Part shown: positions 37,294 to 48,089 of the stretch, piece by piece
Numbering within the stretch: position 1 is the stretch's first letter
How the letters are laid out: the number at the start of each line of letters is the position of its first letter
Assembly: GCF_058153355.1 (NCBI RefSeq)
Contig: NZ_CM177019.1
DNA length: 64,000 nucleotides
Strand: one strand, 5' to 3'
Program-made: the position numbers and the translations under genes
The notes under the pieces: model-generated
What the model was told of the DNA's origin: nothing
Database searches by the model: none
What the model saw: the letters and a program-made list of their open reading frames with translations, nothing else

Positions 37294-38399
37294 GCCAAAT
37301 CCTCATTGTTAAATGTCGGGTCGTTCGCCTGTGGAGCGTCTATCACCTCGGTAACCAGCGTATCGTTGGCGACGGGTGCAGGCGGAATAACGATCGACTC
37401 CGGCGTCACCACCGGCACCAGATGGCGGCTCAGCGGCGCTTTTTCAGTCAATAACTTACCGACCGTTGCCAGAAAATAACGCCCGCATAAACGCCCAAGT
37501 TTATAGTCTTCACGCAGCGCCGGAATCCGACTGCCGAGCGCGATACTATGTAATGGCTTCGGCGGATAAATTTCGAATATCCTCAACTGGCCCGGTGGTT
37601 TCTCAATAAATTGCTGAATCTCACGATAGCTGGTTTCATGATGCTGCACCAGATTGACCAGCGGCTGCAGGCTACTGTCACCCAGCCAGCGTTCCATGCG
37701 TTTGAACCACTGCGGCGTGTAGTACATTTGTGACGGCACAGTGCGGATGACGACTAACGTTTTTGCGCCCTGCCTTGCTGCCTCTTTAACCGGGATCGCA
37801 TCACTGATCCCGCCATCCAGGTAATTAATGCCTTCCAGCGACACTCCGCTACGATAAAAGCCCGGTATCGCACTGGAGGCGCGAATCACATCCAGCCAGT
37901 TCTGTTTGTTTGGCAAAAAGTAATTCGGCGCATAGTCATCCTGACGACAAGCGCACATATAAAACGATTTGCCGCTGTCAAATAGCCGCGCTGCGGTGTC
38001 CATTTGCAACGGCATCTGGCTTGCGGTGGCCTCCACCAGCCAGTCGAGATCGATAAGATTTCCTCCACGGACAAAGCGCAATGGATCGAAAAATTCGCGT
38101 TTTGTGGTATAGCGCATGATGACTTTGCGCGCGTAACCGGGCTGATTGCAGATATACGCCGAGAGGTTCTGCGCCCCGGCAGATGTGCCGAGATAAAGAT
38201 CGAAAGGATTAAACTGCGCGCGCATAAACTCATCCAGCACGCCAGCTGTGAAAATTCCACGCTGTCCGCCGCCTTCGCACACCAGAGCAATCCGTCCAGG
38301 CTGGAACGGCCTTAGCGACAACGGCGCAATATTACCAAGCGTTACAGGTATTCGCTGCCCCACCTCTGCCTTCCTGTTTTTGTTGTGAAAGAATGACAA
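37290..38399 (-). CDS. yjjU: Patatin-like phospholipase YjjU (start codon uncertain)
   Basis: 369-aa ORF with GxGxxG and GTSAG patatin motifs; true start may be about 12 codons in. Confidence 0.8.
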   Translation of the reverse strand: MSFFHNKNRKAEVGQRIPVTLGNIAPLSLRPFQPGRIALVCEGGGQRGIFTAGVLDEFMRAQFNPFDLYLGTSAGAQNLSAYICNQPGYARKVIMRYTTKREFFDPLRFVRGGNLIDLDWLVEATASQMPLQMDTAARLFDSGKSFYMCACRQDDYAPNYFLPNKQNWLDVIRASSAIPGFYRSGVSLEGINYLDGGISDAIPVKEAARQGAKTLVVIRTVPSQMYYTPQWFKRMERWLGDSSLQPLVNLVQHHETSYREIQQFIEKPPGQLRIFEIYPPKPLHSIALGSRIPALREDYKLGRLCGRYFLATVGKLLTEKAPLSRHLVPVVTPESIVIPPAPVANDTLVTEVIDAPQANDPTFNNEDLA

Positions 38400-38484
38400 A
38401 GTAACGCAATTTATTATTCGCTAAAACCACAAAAGCCAGTCCGTTGGACTGGCTTTGGATAAAATTTTCTTAATGGTCTGAAAT

Positions 38485-38646
38485 CTAGGGTCGTTTTCGG
38501 CCCATGAACAAACTCACCAGGAACAGAATAATCCCGACGACAAAGACAATTTTAGCTGCGCCTGCAGCAGTACCGGCCAGACCACCAAACCCAAGTGCGG
38601 CGGCAATTAACGCGATAACCAGAAATATGATGCCCCAACGAAACAT
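38485..38646 (-). CDS. ytjA: Small membrane protein YtjA (DUF1328)
   Basis: ORF 38485..38676; start taken at [25 protein letters not shown] (53 aa). Confidence 0.7.
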
Positions 38647-38772
38647 AAGCGTCTCCTTTACCATAGTTAATGTCACCGCTTGATATGAGCGTGAAAATCA
38701 CTCAATGCGATATTTTTAGTGTGGTGCACATCGCGCCTCCCGACAAAGTTCGGGAGGTCGAATTACGACGAA

Positions 38773-39378
38773 TTACTTAGTTTTCAGATCATTTTTAACG
38801 CTTTTCACACCATCTACCGCTTTGGCGATACTTTCAGCACGGTCGCTCTGTGCCTGAGAATCTACGGTACCGGAGAGCTGAACCACACCATCGGTGGTTT
38901 CAACTTTCACTTTACGTGAAGGGACGATATCGTCCGCCAGCAGCTTGGCTTTGATTTCACTGGTGGTGGCGGTGTCACCCGCGTAGCCCTTCACAGAGCC
39001 TTCTTTAGCGTCGCGAACGTGCAGTTTGTCGCTGACAGAGGTCACGCCTTCAACGCCTTTCGCCACTTTCACTGCCTCTTCGGCCTGGGCCTGGCTTTCA
39101 ACGAAACCGCTCAGGGTCACGACTTTTTGATCGGTTTTGACAGAGATATCGGTGCTCTTGATGTTGTCATGATCCACCAGGGCCGCCTTCACTTTCGCGG
39201 TGATAGCGCTGTCATCCATGAAATTACCGACTTTATTCATAGAGCTATCGACTTTTTGCCCTGCACTTTCATTGGTTGTCTGCGCGTTGTTTTCTGCGTA
39301 GGCAGAGCCGGTCGCGACGGCAGAGGTCAACATTACAGCCAGCAGAGTTTTCGAAATCTTCAGTCTTGTCATAGTCAT
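38773..39378 (-). CDS. osmY: Osmotically inducible periplasmic protein OsmY
   Basis: ORF 38773..39456; start taken at [28 protein letters not shown] (201 aa), two BON domains. Confidence 0.9.
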   Translation of the reverse strand: MTMTRLKISKTLLAVMLTSAVATGSAYAENNAQTTNESAGQKVDSSMNKVGNFMDDSAITAKVKAALVDHDNIKSTDISVKTDQKVVTLSGFVESQAQAEEAVKVAKGVEGVTSVSDKLHVRDAKEGSVKGYAGDTATTSEIKAKLLADDIVPSRKVKVETTDGVVQLSGTVDSQAQSDRAESIAKAVDGVKSVKNDLKTK

Positions 39379-39770
39379 CGATTTATTCCTGTATGTTTGC
39401 TCGTAATTTGAGCCTGGCAACACGAGGTTGCATTGCTGAATAGGGAGAGGCTTCACCCTCTACAGAAGTCAATGGTCGCTATCACAAAAGCGATGGCTGA
39501 TGAATAACGACCATTACAGCCTCTGAATCAGTTATTAATATCGGTAGAATGACAATCGACGGCTTTAGATACTGATATCTACGCATTGAACGGTATTTAA
39601 CGCCGTCAGAAATGTCATTACTTTGTTAAATATAGATCACAATTTTGAAACCGCTCGGGATATCCCCTAAAACATAAGCAAAAGTGAATGTTTTAAGAAC
39701 ATTCCGTAAGCGGCTAATAAGGAAGGGAAATTGACAGGGCGCAGCGGCTACCGCGCCCTGGAGGCAAGAA

Positions 39771-41357
39771 TTAATGCTCGCGAGTCTGGTGGAACTGAAC
39801 GTCCGGATAACGTTCCTGCGCCAGGCGCAGGTTGACCATGCTGGTAGCGATGTAAGCGAGGTTATCGCCGCCATCAAGCGCCAGTTGGCTTTCGTTCTTA
39901 CGCTTGAACTCTTCGAATTTCTTCGCGTCCGCACATTCTACCCAGCGTGCAGTGGCAACGTTGACTGACTCATACACTGCTTCAACGTTGTATTCGCTCT
40001 TCAGGCGCGCTACCACCACATCAAACTGCAGCACACCAACCGCACCAACGATCAGGTCGTTGTTGGAGATCGGACGGAACACCTGCACCGCGCCCTCTTC
40101 GGAAAGCTGTACCAGCCCTTTGAGCAGCTGTTTTTGCTTCAGCGGATCTTTCAGGCGGATACGACGGAACAGTTCCGGCGCAAAGTTCGGAATACCGGTG
40201 AACTTCATCATCTCCCCCTGGGTAAAGGTGTCGCCGATCTGAATAGTGCCGTGGTTGTGCAGACCAAGGATGTCGCCCGGATACGCTTCCTCAACATGCG
40301 AACGGTCGCCCGCCATAAAGGTCAGCGCGTCGGAGATCACCACATCTTTCGCGGTGCGCACCTGGCGCAGCTTCATGCCTTTTTCATATTTACCGGATAC
40401 CACGCGCATAAACGCCACGCGGTCGCGGTGTTTCGGGTCCATGTTGGCCTGAATTTTAAATACGAAGCCGGTAAATTTATCTTCGCTCGCCTCTACGGTA
40501 CGGGTATCAGTCTGACGCGGCATCGGCGCAGGTGCCCACTCTACCAGGCCATCCAGCATATGATCGACGCCGAAGTTACCCAGCGCAGTACCAAAGAACA
40601 CTGGAGTAATTTCGCCCGCAAGGAACAATTCTTTGTCGAACTCGTTAGACGCGCCTTTCACCAGTTCCAGTTCGTCACGCAGCTGCTGTGCCAGATCTTC
40701 ACCAACCGCAGCATCGAGATCCGGGTTATTCAGCCCTTTAACAATACGGACTTCCTGAATGGTGTGACCTTTACCGCTCTGATAGAGATAGGTTTCGTCT
40801 TTATAAAGGTGGTAAACGCCTTTAAACAGCTTGCCGCAGCCAATCGGCCAGGTGATCGGCGCACAGCCGATTTTCAGCTCGTTCTCAACTTCATCGAGCA
40901 GCTCCATCGGGTCGCGGATATCACGGTCAAGTTTGTTCATAAAGGTGAGGATCGGCGTGTCGCGCAGACGGGTAACTTCCATCAGCTTGCGGGTACGATC
41001 TTCAACACCTTTTGCGGCGTCGATAACCATCAGGCAGCAGTCCACCGCCGTCAGAGTACGATAGGTATCTTCCGAGAAGTCTTCGTGCCCCGGGGTGTCG
41101 AGCAGGTTAACCAGGCAGTCGTGATACGGAAACTGCATCACAGACGTAGTAATGGAGATCCCACGCTGCTTTTCCATCTCCATCCAGTCCGACTTAGCGT
41201 GCTGGTTGGAACCACGGCCTTTTACTGTACCGGCAGTCTGAATGGCCTGTCCGAACAGCAGCACCTTCTCGGTGATGGTCGTTTTACCGGCGTCCGGGTG
41301 AGAAATAATTGCAAAGGTTCTTCTTTTCGCTACCTCTGCGGCCAAAAGGCTTGTCAT
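39771..41357 (-). CDS. prfC: Peptide chain release factor 3 (N-terminal codons differ from the K-12 form as recalled)
   Basis: ORF 39771..41384; start taken at [27 protein letters not shown] (528 aa), GTPase motifs. Confidence 0.9.
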
Positions 41358-41543
41358 AATTGTTGTCTCTTTGATTATGTACAATCATATGTACAAAGAA
41401 AAATTCATGCCGCTGATTGTACATTTTGGAGGTATCAGAGCATAGCAGAACATGATCAGTAGGTGTATTTGTAGCCAAAGAACATTTGTATATGCAGCAA
41501 TCTTTGCTCTATTGACACTGTTTATTCATACAGTTAAAAATAA

Positions 41544-41563
41544 TACTGTATAAAAACGCAGTA
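41544..41563 (+). promoter_or_regulatory. Candidate LexA (SOS) box upstream of dinI-like gene
   Basis: tactgtataaaaacgcagta fits CTG-N10-CAG, 14 bp upstream of the gagagggg RBS and the ATG. Confidence 0.6.
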
Positions 41564-41577
41564 GAGAGGGGTTTTTT

Positions 41578-41826
41578 ATGCGTATTGAGATCTGCATAGC
41601 CAAAGAGAAAATGACTAAAATGCCAAACGGTGCTGTGGATGCGTTAAAGGAAGAATTAACTCGGCGCATCAGTAAGCGTTATGACGATGTAGAAGTGATC
41701 GTAAAAGCCACCAGCAATGATGGGCTTTCTGTTACACGCACCGCAGATAAGGATTCTGCAAAAACATTTGTTCAGGAGACTCTGAAAGATACCTGGGAGT
41801 CTGCTGACGAGTGGTTTGTTCACTAA
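41578..41826 (+). CDS. DinI-family protein (prophage-encoded)
   Basis: 82-aa [52 protein letters not shown]... Confidence 0.85.
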   Translation: MRIEICIAKEKMTKMPNGAVDALKEELTRRISKRYDDVEVIVKATSNDGLSVTRTADKDSAKTFVQETLKDTWESADEWFVH

Positions 41827-41856
41827 TTAACACGTAAAATCTGTAACGGCTGGAAA

Positions 41857-42063
41857 TCATTCAATACTCGCACTATCGAAAGTTCGCCAGCCAACCGCAG
41901 CACGTTCTTGCATACGACGTGTCTGCGGTTTTATATAATCCCAGCCGGTCCAGTTTCCAGACAACCAGCGTGTCACCTGCCGATAATGTCCTGTCAACGC
42001 ATTACGTTGTAGATCGATTTTCTGGTCATTTGTTGATACGCAAACATAGCCAATAAGCATGGT
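41857..42063 (-). pseudogene. Remnant of a Gin/Pin/Hin-family serine DNA invertase (internal deletion and frameshift)
   Basis: First 22 codons MLIGYVCVSTNDQKIDLQRNAL match invertase N-terminus; downstream DNA encodes DTLVVWKLDRLG only in another frame; too little space for an intact invertase of about 190 aa. Confidence 0.6.
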
Positions 42064-42086
42064 AGCTCCCTCTGACAAAAGCAGGA

Positions 42087-43085
42087 ATGATGCCATTTAC
42101 TCGTTATTTCTGCATTTTCATAAACATTGGTTTACAGGAAGCGGTAAATCAGGCTTCTGGCGCATTACAGAAAAACCAGAACGGTGCAGATATTCCAGGA
42201 AAAGATACCTTCACCAAAAATATTGGTGCCTGTCGCGCATATAGCGCATGGGTGGATATTGGTGGCGATAGTCAGGTCTGGACAACTGCGCAATTTATTT
42301 CGTGGCTGGAGAGTCAGGGAGCATTTAACCATCCTTACTGGATGTGCAAAGGCTCATGGGCTTATGCAAATAATAAGGTCATTACAGATACAGGTTGCGG
42401 AAATATTTGTCTTGCAGGTGCTGTGGTGGAAGTTATTGGCACCCGCGGCGCAATGACCATACGCGTTACCACGCCGGGCACGTCCAGCGGCGGCGGAATC
42501 ACTAACGCTCAATTCACTTATATTAATCATGGTGATGCTTACGCTCCTGGCTGGCGACGAGACTACAACACGAAAAACCAGCAGCCTGCATTTGCTTTAG
42601 GGCAAACAGGAAATACCGTCGGAAACGACAAAGCCGTTGGCTGGAACTGGAATAGCGGGGTCTATAACGCAAATATTGGTGGCGCAACAACATTAATCCT
42701 CCACTTCAATATGAATACGGGGAGTTGCCCTGCCGTACAGTTCCGTGTGAATTACAGGAACGGCGGTATTTTTTATCGTTCAGCGCGTGATGGTTATGGA
42801 TTTGAGGCTGGCTGGTCAGAGTTTTACACCACAACACGCAAGCCATCAGCGAGAGATGTTGGCGCATATACGCAGGCAGAATGTAACTCAAGGTTTATTA
42901 CAGGTATTCGCCTTGGTGGTCTGTCATCTGTTCAGACATGGAATGGTCCCGGCTGGTCTGACAGGTCAGGTTATGTTGTTACCGGTTCCGTTAACTCAAA
43001 CAGAGATGAACTAATTGATACAACTCAGGCAAGGCCAGTTCAGTATTGCATTAATGGGACGTGGTATAACGCGGGGAGTATTTAA
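42087..43085 (+). CDS. Alternative tail-fibre C-terminal segment (Sv'-like), expressed only after segment inversion
   Basis: 332-aa ORF opening inside a gix-like site (…IGLQEAVNQ…) and ending …YCINGTWYNAGSI, parallel to the C-terminus of the 44179..45492 tail fibre (…[12 protein letters not shown]). Confidence 0.7.
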   Translation: MMPFTRYFCIFINIGLQEAVNQASGALQKNQNGADIPGKDTFTKNIGACRAYSAWVDIGGDSQVWTTAQFISWLESQGAFNHPYWMCKGSWAYANNKVITDTGCGNICLAGAVVEVIGTRGAMTIRVTTPGTSSGGGITNAQFTYINHGDAYAPGWRRDYNTKNQQPAFALGQTGNTVGNDKAVGWNWNSGVYNANIGGATTLILHFNMNTGSCPAVQFRVNYRNGGIFYRSARDGYGFEAGWSEFYTTTRKPSARDVGAYTQAECNSRFITGIRLGGLSSVQTWNGPGWSDRSGYVVTGSVNSNRDELIDTTQARPVQYCINGTWYNAGSI

Positions 43086-43087
43086 CG

Positions 43088-43621
43088 ATGATGCACTTAA
43101 AAAACATTTCTGCTGGTAATCCTGAAACAAAAGAGCAATACCAGCTAACAAAGCAATTTAACATCAAATGGCTTTATACAGAGGATGGGAAAAACTGGTA
43201 TGAGGAACAAAAGAACTTTCAGCCTGATACGTTGAAAATGGTCTATGACCACAACGGCGTTATTATTTGTATTGAAAAGGATGTTTCAGCAATTAATCCG
43301 GAAGGCGCAAGCGTCGTTGAGGTTCCTGATATTACAGCAAATCGCCGGGCTGATATTTCAGGTAAATGGATGTTCAAAGATGGCGTAGTGATAAAGCGAA
43401 CTTATACCGGGGAAGAGCAGAGGCAACAAGCGGAAAATGAAAAGCAAAGCCTGCTACAGCTCGTCAGGGATAAAACCCAGCTGTGGGACTCACAGCTACG
43501 GCTGGGCATTATTTCCGACGAGAATAAACAAAAATTAACCGAGTGGATGCTCTATGCGCAGAAGGTCGAATCCACAGACACCTCCAGCCTGCCAGTAACG
43601 TTTCCCGAACAACCAGAATGA
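43088..43621 (+). CDS. Tail fibre assembly protein (U'-like)
   Basis: 177-aa ORF MMHLKNISAGNPETKEQYQLTK..., paralogous to 43650..44177. Confidence 0.8.
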   Translation: MMHLKNISAGNPETKEQYQLTKQFNIKWLYTEDGKNWYEEQKNFQPDTLKMVYDHNGVIICIEKDVSAINPEGASVVEVPDITANRRADISGKWMFKDGVVIKRTYTGEEQRQQAENEKQSLLQLVRDKTQLWDSQLRLGIISDENKQKLTEWMLYAQKVESTDTSSLPVTFPEQPE

Positions 43622-43649
43622 GAGAAGGCCCGATATCGGGCCTTAATTT

Positions 43650-44177
43650 TTACTCAGGTTTTTGTGGCCATTCGGGCTTTGCCGTATCCACACGGCTGAT
43701 CAGAACACTGTAGCGTTCCCATGCTTCCAGTCGTGTGCGTTCCTCGTCTGTTGCCATATTCAGCCTGACAGCGCGTTCCAGCGGCTGGATGACTGATTCA
43801 GCTTCGGAAAGTAACTCGGCCTTTTGTGATTCGGCCTGTTGCTGCTGTTCGTCTGCTGTATAAGTCCTCCTGACCACCGCTCCGTCCTTAAACATCCACT
43901 TCCCTGAATCATCGGCACGACGGTTAGCTGTTATATCGGGGATTTCAACGACGCTAAAACCTTCAGGATTAAGCGTGGAGGCATCTTTAGTGACGGCGAC
44001 AATAATATTATTTTCGTCGTAAACAATCTTTATTGTATCCGGCTGAAAGTTCTTCACTTCCTCATACCAGTTTTTTCCGTCCTCAGAGTAAAGCCAGATA
44101 ACTCCGTGTTTCTTTGTTAACTCATACTGTTCTGGTGTTTTAGCATTACCCGCTTTTATGTTCTTTAAGTGCATCAT
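43650..44177 (-). CDS. Tail fibre assembly protein (U-like)
   Basis: ORF 43650..44210; start taken at [22 protein letters not shown], one base after the tail-fibre stop. Confidence 0.8.
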   Translation of the reverse strand: MMHLKNIKAGNAKTPEQYELTKKHGVIWLYSEDGKNWYEEVKNFQPDTIKIVYDENNIIVAVTKDASTLNPEGFSVVEIPDITANRRADDSGKWMFKDGAVVRRTYTADEQQQQAESQKAELLSEAESVIQPLERAVRLNMATDEERTRLEAWERYSVLISRVDTAKPEWPQKPE

Positions 44178-44178
44178 A

Positions 44179-45492
44179 TTAAATACTCGCCACATTATAC
44201 CAGGTGCCATTTATATACTTTTGCACTGGCCTGTAATGAACGCCTGCAATATTATCGGCAGAGTTTTTTCCGGTATCCTGTACGTTAATCCCCGTCAGTA
44301 CATAGCCTGACGGGCACTGGAAATTCCATGTTTGCCAGTTATTCACACCATAATATTGCTGTGAGCCAAGCCGGACATCTTTCACATATCTGGAGTCAAA
44401 ATTGCCATAATTGCCGGGAATAACTTGCGCACCACAAAGCCAGTTACCGTTATTATCCATGTACGCCTGACCATCGGTGCCATTGGCTGTCCTTGAGTTA
44501 TTAATCATGTAGATGCCAAATTGCTTATTCCCCAGCCCACCAATTACGAATTTACGGTCGGTATGGTCCTGGCGAAGCAATGCCTGCGCACCATCGTTGG
44601 ATACCGCATTACGGCCCAGAATAACATTCTGGTCACGCATATGAATCCACATGCCGGTACTACTGTTAATTGCAAAACGGTTTGCAAATATATCCCCTGT
44701 AACATCAAGACCATGCCCCATGCTTATCCGGCCAGTTCTGAGATTAAGCGTAAAGGGGCGTAGTGGCCCTATATCACCATTTTCCCCCTCATTCTCTCGT
44801 GTAGGGATGATATGCAGGCATTCTTCAGAACGACGAAAAATGGCACCAAAAGATGAATTAAATATCCTCAGTGCATTGACTGTCGATATTTTCACTTCAC
44901 TGCTGAAAAGGGCTTTCACAAGAACATACAGAGCATCCCATTTAAGATTCATCAGGTCTTTAACCCGGCCGCCAGTGAGGTGGTGTCTCCATTTGAAATA
45001 TTCATTACCGTTATCCGCCGTTTCAAACCACATGTAGGAATCGGTGTCTGCATCCGAATCATTTTTAAATCCAATCTTCGCCCAGTCAGTATTCCGAATC
45101 CAGGCAAGGATTGAGTCGTTTTCAAAAGTAAGTCCACCGGACAAGGTATCGCCATTTTTTTGCACAGCGTTCCTGGCCCGGTTTACCGTTTCCTGTAAAC
45201 CAAGGTTTTCGAGAGCCGTTTTCACCGTGCCATCCAATTTGATATCGCCAAACGGATTCTTGCGGCTTAACAGCAGCGCGCGAAGTGCGGTAATCAACTG
45301 ATCGTGCTGCCCTTTCTCCAGGCTGGCACCGGATGCCTCCACCACGCTGCAGAGTTCTTCCTGCAACATATCAAAGTAGTCATCATCCAGATCGGTGGCA
45401 GGTGTGCCGGTCTGGGGGTTACCACGGGTAAAACCGTTCTTACCCGCGCCGAACTTATCCTTCTGCGCGGTTTTAGTGTCTATGCGATGCAT
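44179..45492 (-). CDS. Phage tail fibre protein (constant N-terminus plus currently expressed variable C-terminus)
   Basis: 437-aa ORF; codons 94-101 (LENLGLQE) are encoded by a gix-like site; C-terminus …[17 protein letters not shown]. Confidence 0.85.
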   Translation of the reverse strand: MHRIDTKTAQKDKFGAGKNGFTRGNPQTGTPATDLDDDYFDMLQEELCSVVEASGASLEKGQHDQLITALRALLLSRKNPFGDIKLDGTVKTALENLGLQETVNRARNAVQKNGDTLSGGLTFENDSILAWIRNTDWAKIGFKNDSDADTDSYMWFETADNGNEYFKWRHHLTGGRVKDLMNLKWDALYVLVKALFSSEVKISTVNALRIFNSSFGAIFRRSEECLHIIPTRENEGENGDIGPLRPFTLNLRTGRISMGHGLDVTGDIFANRFAINSSTGMWIHMRDQNVILGRNAVSNDGAQALLRQDHTDRKFVIGGLGNKQFGIYMINNSRTANGTDGQAYMDNNGNWLCGAQVIPGNYGNFDSRYVKDVRLGSQQYYGVNNWQTWNFQCPSGYVLTGINVQDTGKNSADNIAGVHYRPVQKYINGTWYNVASI

Positions 45493-45495
45493 GGA

Positions 45496-46080
45496 TTACT
45501 CCGGATATTTAAAAATTACGTAGGTATGCGACGGGCAGAGTTTGTTAAGCACACACTCGACAACGGTGTCGCCCCATATACGCAGCGCGGAATCACAGGG
45601 ATCGCCACATGTCATCCAGGTGGTGTTGGTGGTGGCTGGCATGTTGACCTGCCAGTAATACCGCCATTCCAGCGCATTCACCGCGTCAGTACAGGCTGAT
45701 GAGCAGGTGAACGTGCTTTTGTCGTATCGCGTGATGGTGGCATCTGGTCTGCCCAGGGCAGCAAGCTGTGCAAGATAAAAATCCTCGTTGATGCCGCCCG
45801 CCAGGTTAACCTTCGCATCCAGCCGTTGCTGACGCTGGCGAAGGGTCTGCGTTCCCGCCGGAATACATTCATCCGGCAGACCGCACAGACGCTCCCAGCG
45901 GTTTATCAGTTCGGTGGTGGTGCGCGGATCCAGCTCCCGCATCAGGGCATCCGCACGCTGATGAACACGGGTTAATGACGGTGCCGCACCGGCAATCGCC
46001 GGATCGCTGGCTGACCACGCCGGACCGGGCGGCAACAGTGCCGATAACAGGCGGATGTAATCATCGTTTGTCACGTCCAT
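45496..46080 (-). CDS. Phage tail protein (Mu gp48-like)
   Basis: 194-aa ORF directly upstream of the tail fibre in a baseplate operon. Confidence 0.65.
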   Translation of the reverse strand: MDVTNDDYIRLLSALLPPGPAWSASDPAIAGAAPSLTRVHQRADALMRELDPRTTTELINRWERLCGLPDECIPAGTQTLRQRQQRLDAKVNLAGGINEDFYLAQLAALGRPDATITRYDKSTFTCSSACTDAVNALEWRYYWQVNMPATTNTTWMTCGDPCDSALRIWGDTVVECVLNKLCPSHTYVIFKYPE

Positions 46081-47129
46081 GAAATCGTCCCCAGCACCGC
46101 CAGTTCATTTTTTGCAATGGAGATATTGTCCGCCGGTGCAAGCAATTGATGGCTGTATTCCCCGTTCGCACCGGAAATCGCTTCACTGATACGCGACACC
46201 TTCAGTTCTCCCTGCGGATAACCATCACGCAGCAGGAACGAACGCAACTCCGCAGTAATGGCGGTTCGTATTTCCGGTGTGTCCGGCGTCACGCGGATAT
46301 GAAAATCCACCGTATGTGCCACCGGCCTGAACACATACAAATCAGAGCCTGCCACCGGGGCCAGTGGCCCGATATGTTGTCTTGCCGCCGTTTCCGTTGA
46401 TTCTTCCGGAATGGGATTAATCAGGTCACTGCTGGCAATCATCACACCGACAGTTCCCGTTCCCATCCAGTGACGGTATGTCCATGCGCGGGTAATGCCG
46501 GGCACTTCTTTAGCCCAGACGACATAGTCCCCGTCAGCCCCGCCCTGCGGCGTCCAGTAATACCGCTCAATGACGCGGGCGCGCCACGTTTCCAGCTCTT
46601 CAGTATCAAATCCGCCTGTCAGGGTGTCAGCCACACCGGAAGACGGCAGACCATTCACCGGCGTGACCAGGATTAATGCCGTACCGTCGTCAGCGTTACC
46701 GACCGCGCCTGCATTTGAGCAGGCGATCGGCACGCGCAGGACACCACCGGAGCTGGTTGCATCGGCAGTTGCAGTATACTGAACCAGGTCATCGCGCTGA
46801 ATAACACTCCCGGCGGTCACCTTCAGGCCATCGCTGACACCTTCCCAGCGCATATACCCGCTGGCAGCCGTGGCCCCCTTGCGCGGACACCGTTTCATCG
46901 CAGCATGTCGCGCCAGCCAGGACTCATCGCACAGGTCAGGCAGCATGTTCATTGCCAGATAATCGATGTACCCGTAAACCGTATGCAGCGCCGCCGCATA
47001 CACCTTTGCCCGCACGTCTTCATCCATGCGCCGGAGCGTGTCGCTGACGTCCAGCCTGGCGAATAAATCGTTACGGAGCATACTGATATTTTCTGCCAGC
47101 GTCGGGCGCTGAAATTCACTGTCTGCCAT
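46071..47129 (-). CDS. Baseplate J-like protein (Mu gp47-like)
   Basis: 352-aa ORF; gene order and size match the Mu-type baseplate wedge. Confidence 0.75.
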   Translation of the reverse strand: MADSEFQRPTLAENISMLRNDLFARLDVSDTLRRMDEDVRAKVYAAALHTVYGYIDYLAMNMLPDLCDESWLARHAAMKRCPRKGATAASGYMRWEGVSDGLKVTAGSVIQRDDLVQYTATADATSSGGVLRVPIACSNAGAVGNADDGTALILVTPVNGLPSSGVADTLTGGFDTEELETWRARVIERYYWTPQGGADGDYVVWAKEVPGITRAWTYRHWMGTGTVGVMIASSDLINPIPEESTETAARQHIGPLAPVAGSDLYVFRPVAHTVDFHIRVTPDTPEIRTAITAELRSFLLRDGYPQGELKVSRISEAISGANGEYSHQLLAPADNISIAKNELAVLGTISWT

Positions 47130-47544
47130 GCGTTATCGCACTCCACAGATCATCAAAAGAAATCATTACCGGTCCGTCACGACGCCAGAGAGTGATACTG
47201 TTACCCAGTTCATTAATCCCGGTGCGGCGGATATCCAGATCAATACGGGACACCACGCCGTCATCAATCATCCATTGCAGGCATTCGCGGATATACCCCC
47301 TTACCGTCTGCACCAGCTGATTGGTCAGTTTGCTGCGCTGAAGCAGCCACAGTCGGGAGCCGTAACGGTCATTCTGTACCGCAGGCCAGGTATCCCCCCA
47401 CCATCCCATCGGGACGTCGGCGTTGTCATCAGGCTCCGCCCGCCGCCAGGTAAACAGGGAAATCACCACGGCGCGGGTCAGCGGATCCAGCGGTGCGCTG
47501 GCGCAGGTGCGTTTACCGTTCACCGTCAGCCACAGTTCCATCAT
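47116..47544 (-). CDS. Baseplate protein (Mu gp46-like)
   Basis: 142-aa ORF; synteny. Confidence 0.65.
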   Translation of the reverse strand: MMELWLTVNGKRTCASAPLDPLTRAVVISLFTWRRAEPDDNADVPMGWWGDTWPAVQNDRYGSRLWLLQRSKLTNQLVQTVRGYIRECLQWMIDDGVVSRIDLDIRRTGINELGNSITLWRRDGPVMISFDDLWSAITHGRQ

Positions 47545-48089
47545 GCCTCCATCGCTTTATCAGGTTTGTCGGTGTTACTGCCCTGACCGTTCTCTCTGTG
47601 ACGATGCCCGTTATAGGCAAGCCGCATCGCTGACATGGTGGTGCCGCCGGAGTCGCACAGGTCTTTCACCTGTCCTGTCACTTCCAGATCCATTTCAAAA
47701 CGTGCTTTAGGTGAATTGCGAAACGTGATCGTTTTACCTGCACCGTCCACCACGATCCCCTCCCGGGTCAGCGTCACGGACTGCCCCTGATCGTCATAGA
47801 CAGCCACCTCACCCGTCTGCAGCCCTTTCAGGCGGTAACGCCGGTCCGACACCGTAACAACCACCGCATGAGAACGGTCACCATCCGGAAACAACACCAC
47901 CGCTTCCGCACCGCTGTTTGCCCTTGCGGTAAAACCGTAAGGTTCAAGATGTTCAACCCCGGCTTTGGGTTCACCGGCAATCAGGGACACATCCACGGTC
48001 TGACATTTCGTGGCGGCACTGATGCTTTTCACCACGGCCCGCCCAATCAGCCCGAGGAGTTGTCGCTGTATGGTTTCAATCGCCCTCAT
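47541..48089 (-). CDS. Baseplate assembly/spike protein (Mu gp45-like)
   Basis: 182-aa ORF; synteny. Confidence 0.65.
   Translation of the reverse strand: MRAIETIQRQLLGLIGRAVVKSISAATKCQTVDVSLIAGEPKAGVEHLEPYGFTARANSGAEAVVLFPDGDRSHAVVVTVSDRRYRLKGLQTGEVAVYDDQGQSVTLTREGIVVDGAGKTITFRNSPKARFEMDLEVTGQVKDLCDSGGTTMSAMRLAYNGHRHRENGQGSNTDKPDKAMEA

Larger units (their letters stand above)
42115..45215. other. Invertible tail-fibre DNA segment (Mu G-segment-like) bounded by inverted gix-like sites
   Basis: Site A 45190..45215 ttcctgtaaacc aa ggttttcgagag; site B 42115..42140 ttttcataaaca tt ggtttacaggaa, in inverted orientation; segment holds two convergent fibre-C-terminus plus assembly-protein gene sets. 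Confidence 0.7.

Noticed and set aside
40134-41462. 442-aa plus-strand ORF across prfC
   Set aside because: Antisense to release factor 3; product is low-complexity and basic, typical of a reverse-strand frame of a highly expressed gene.
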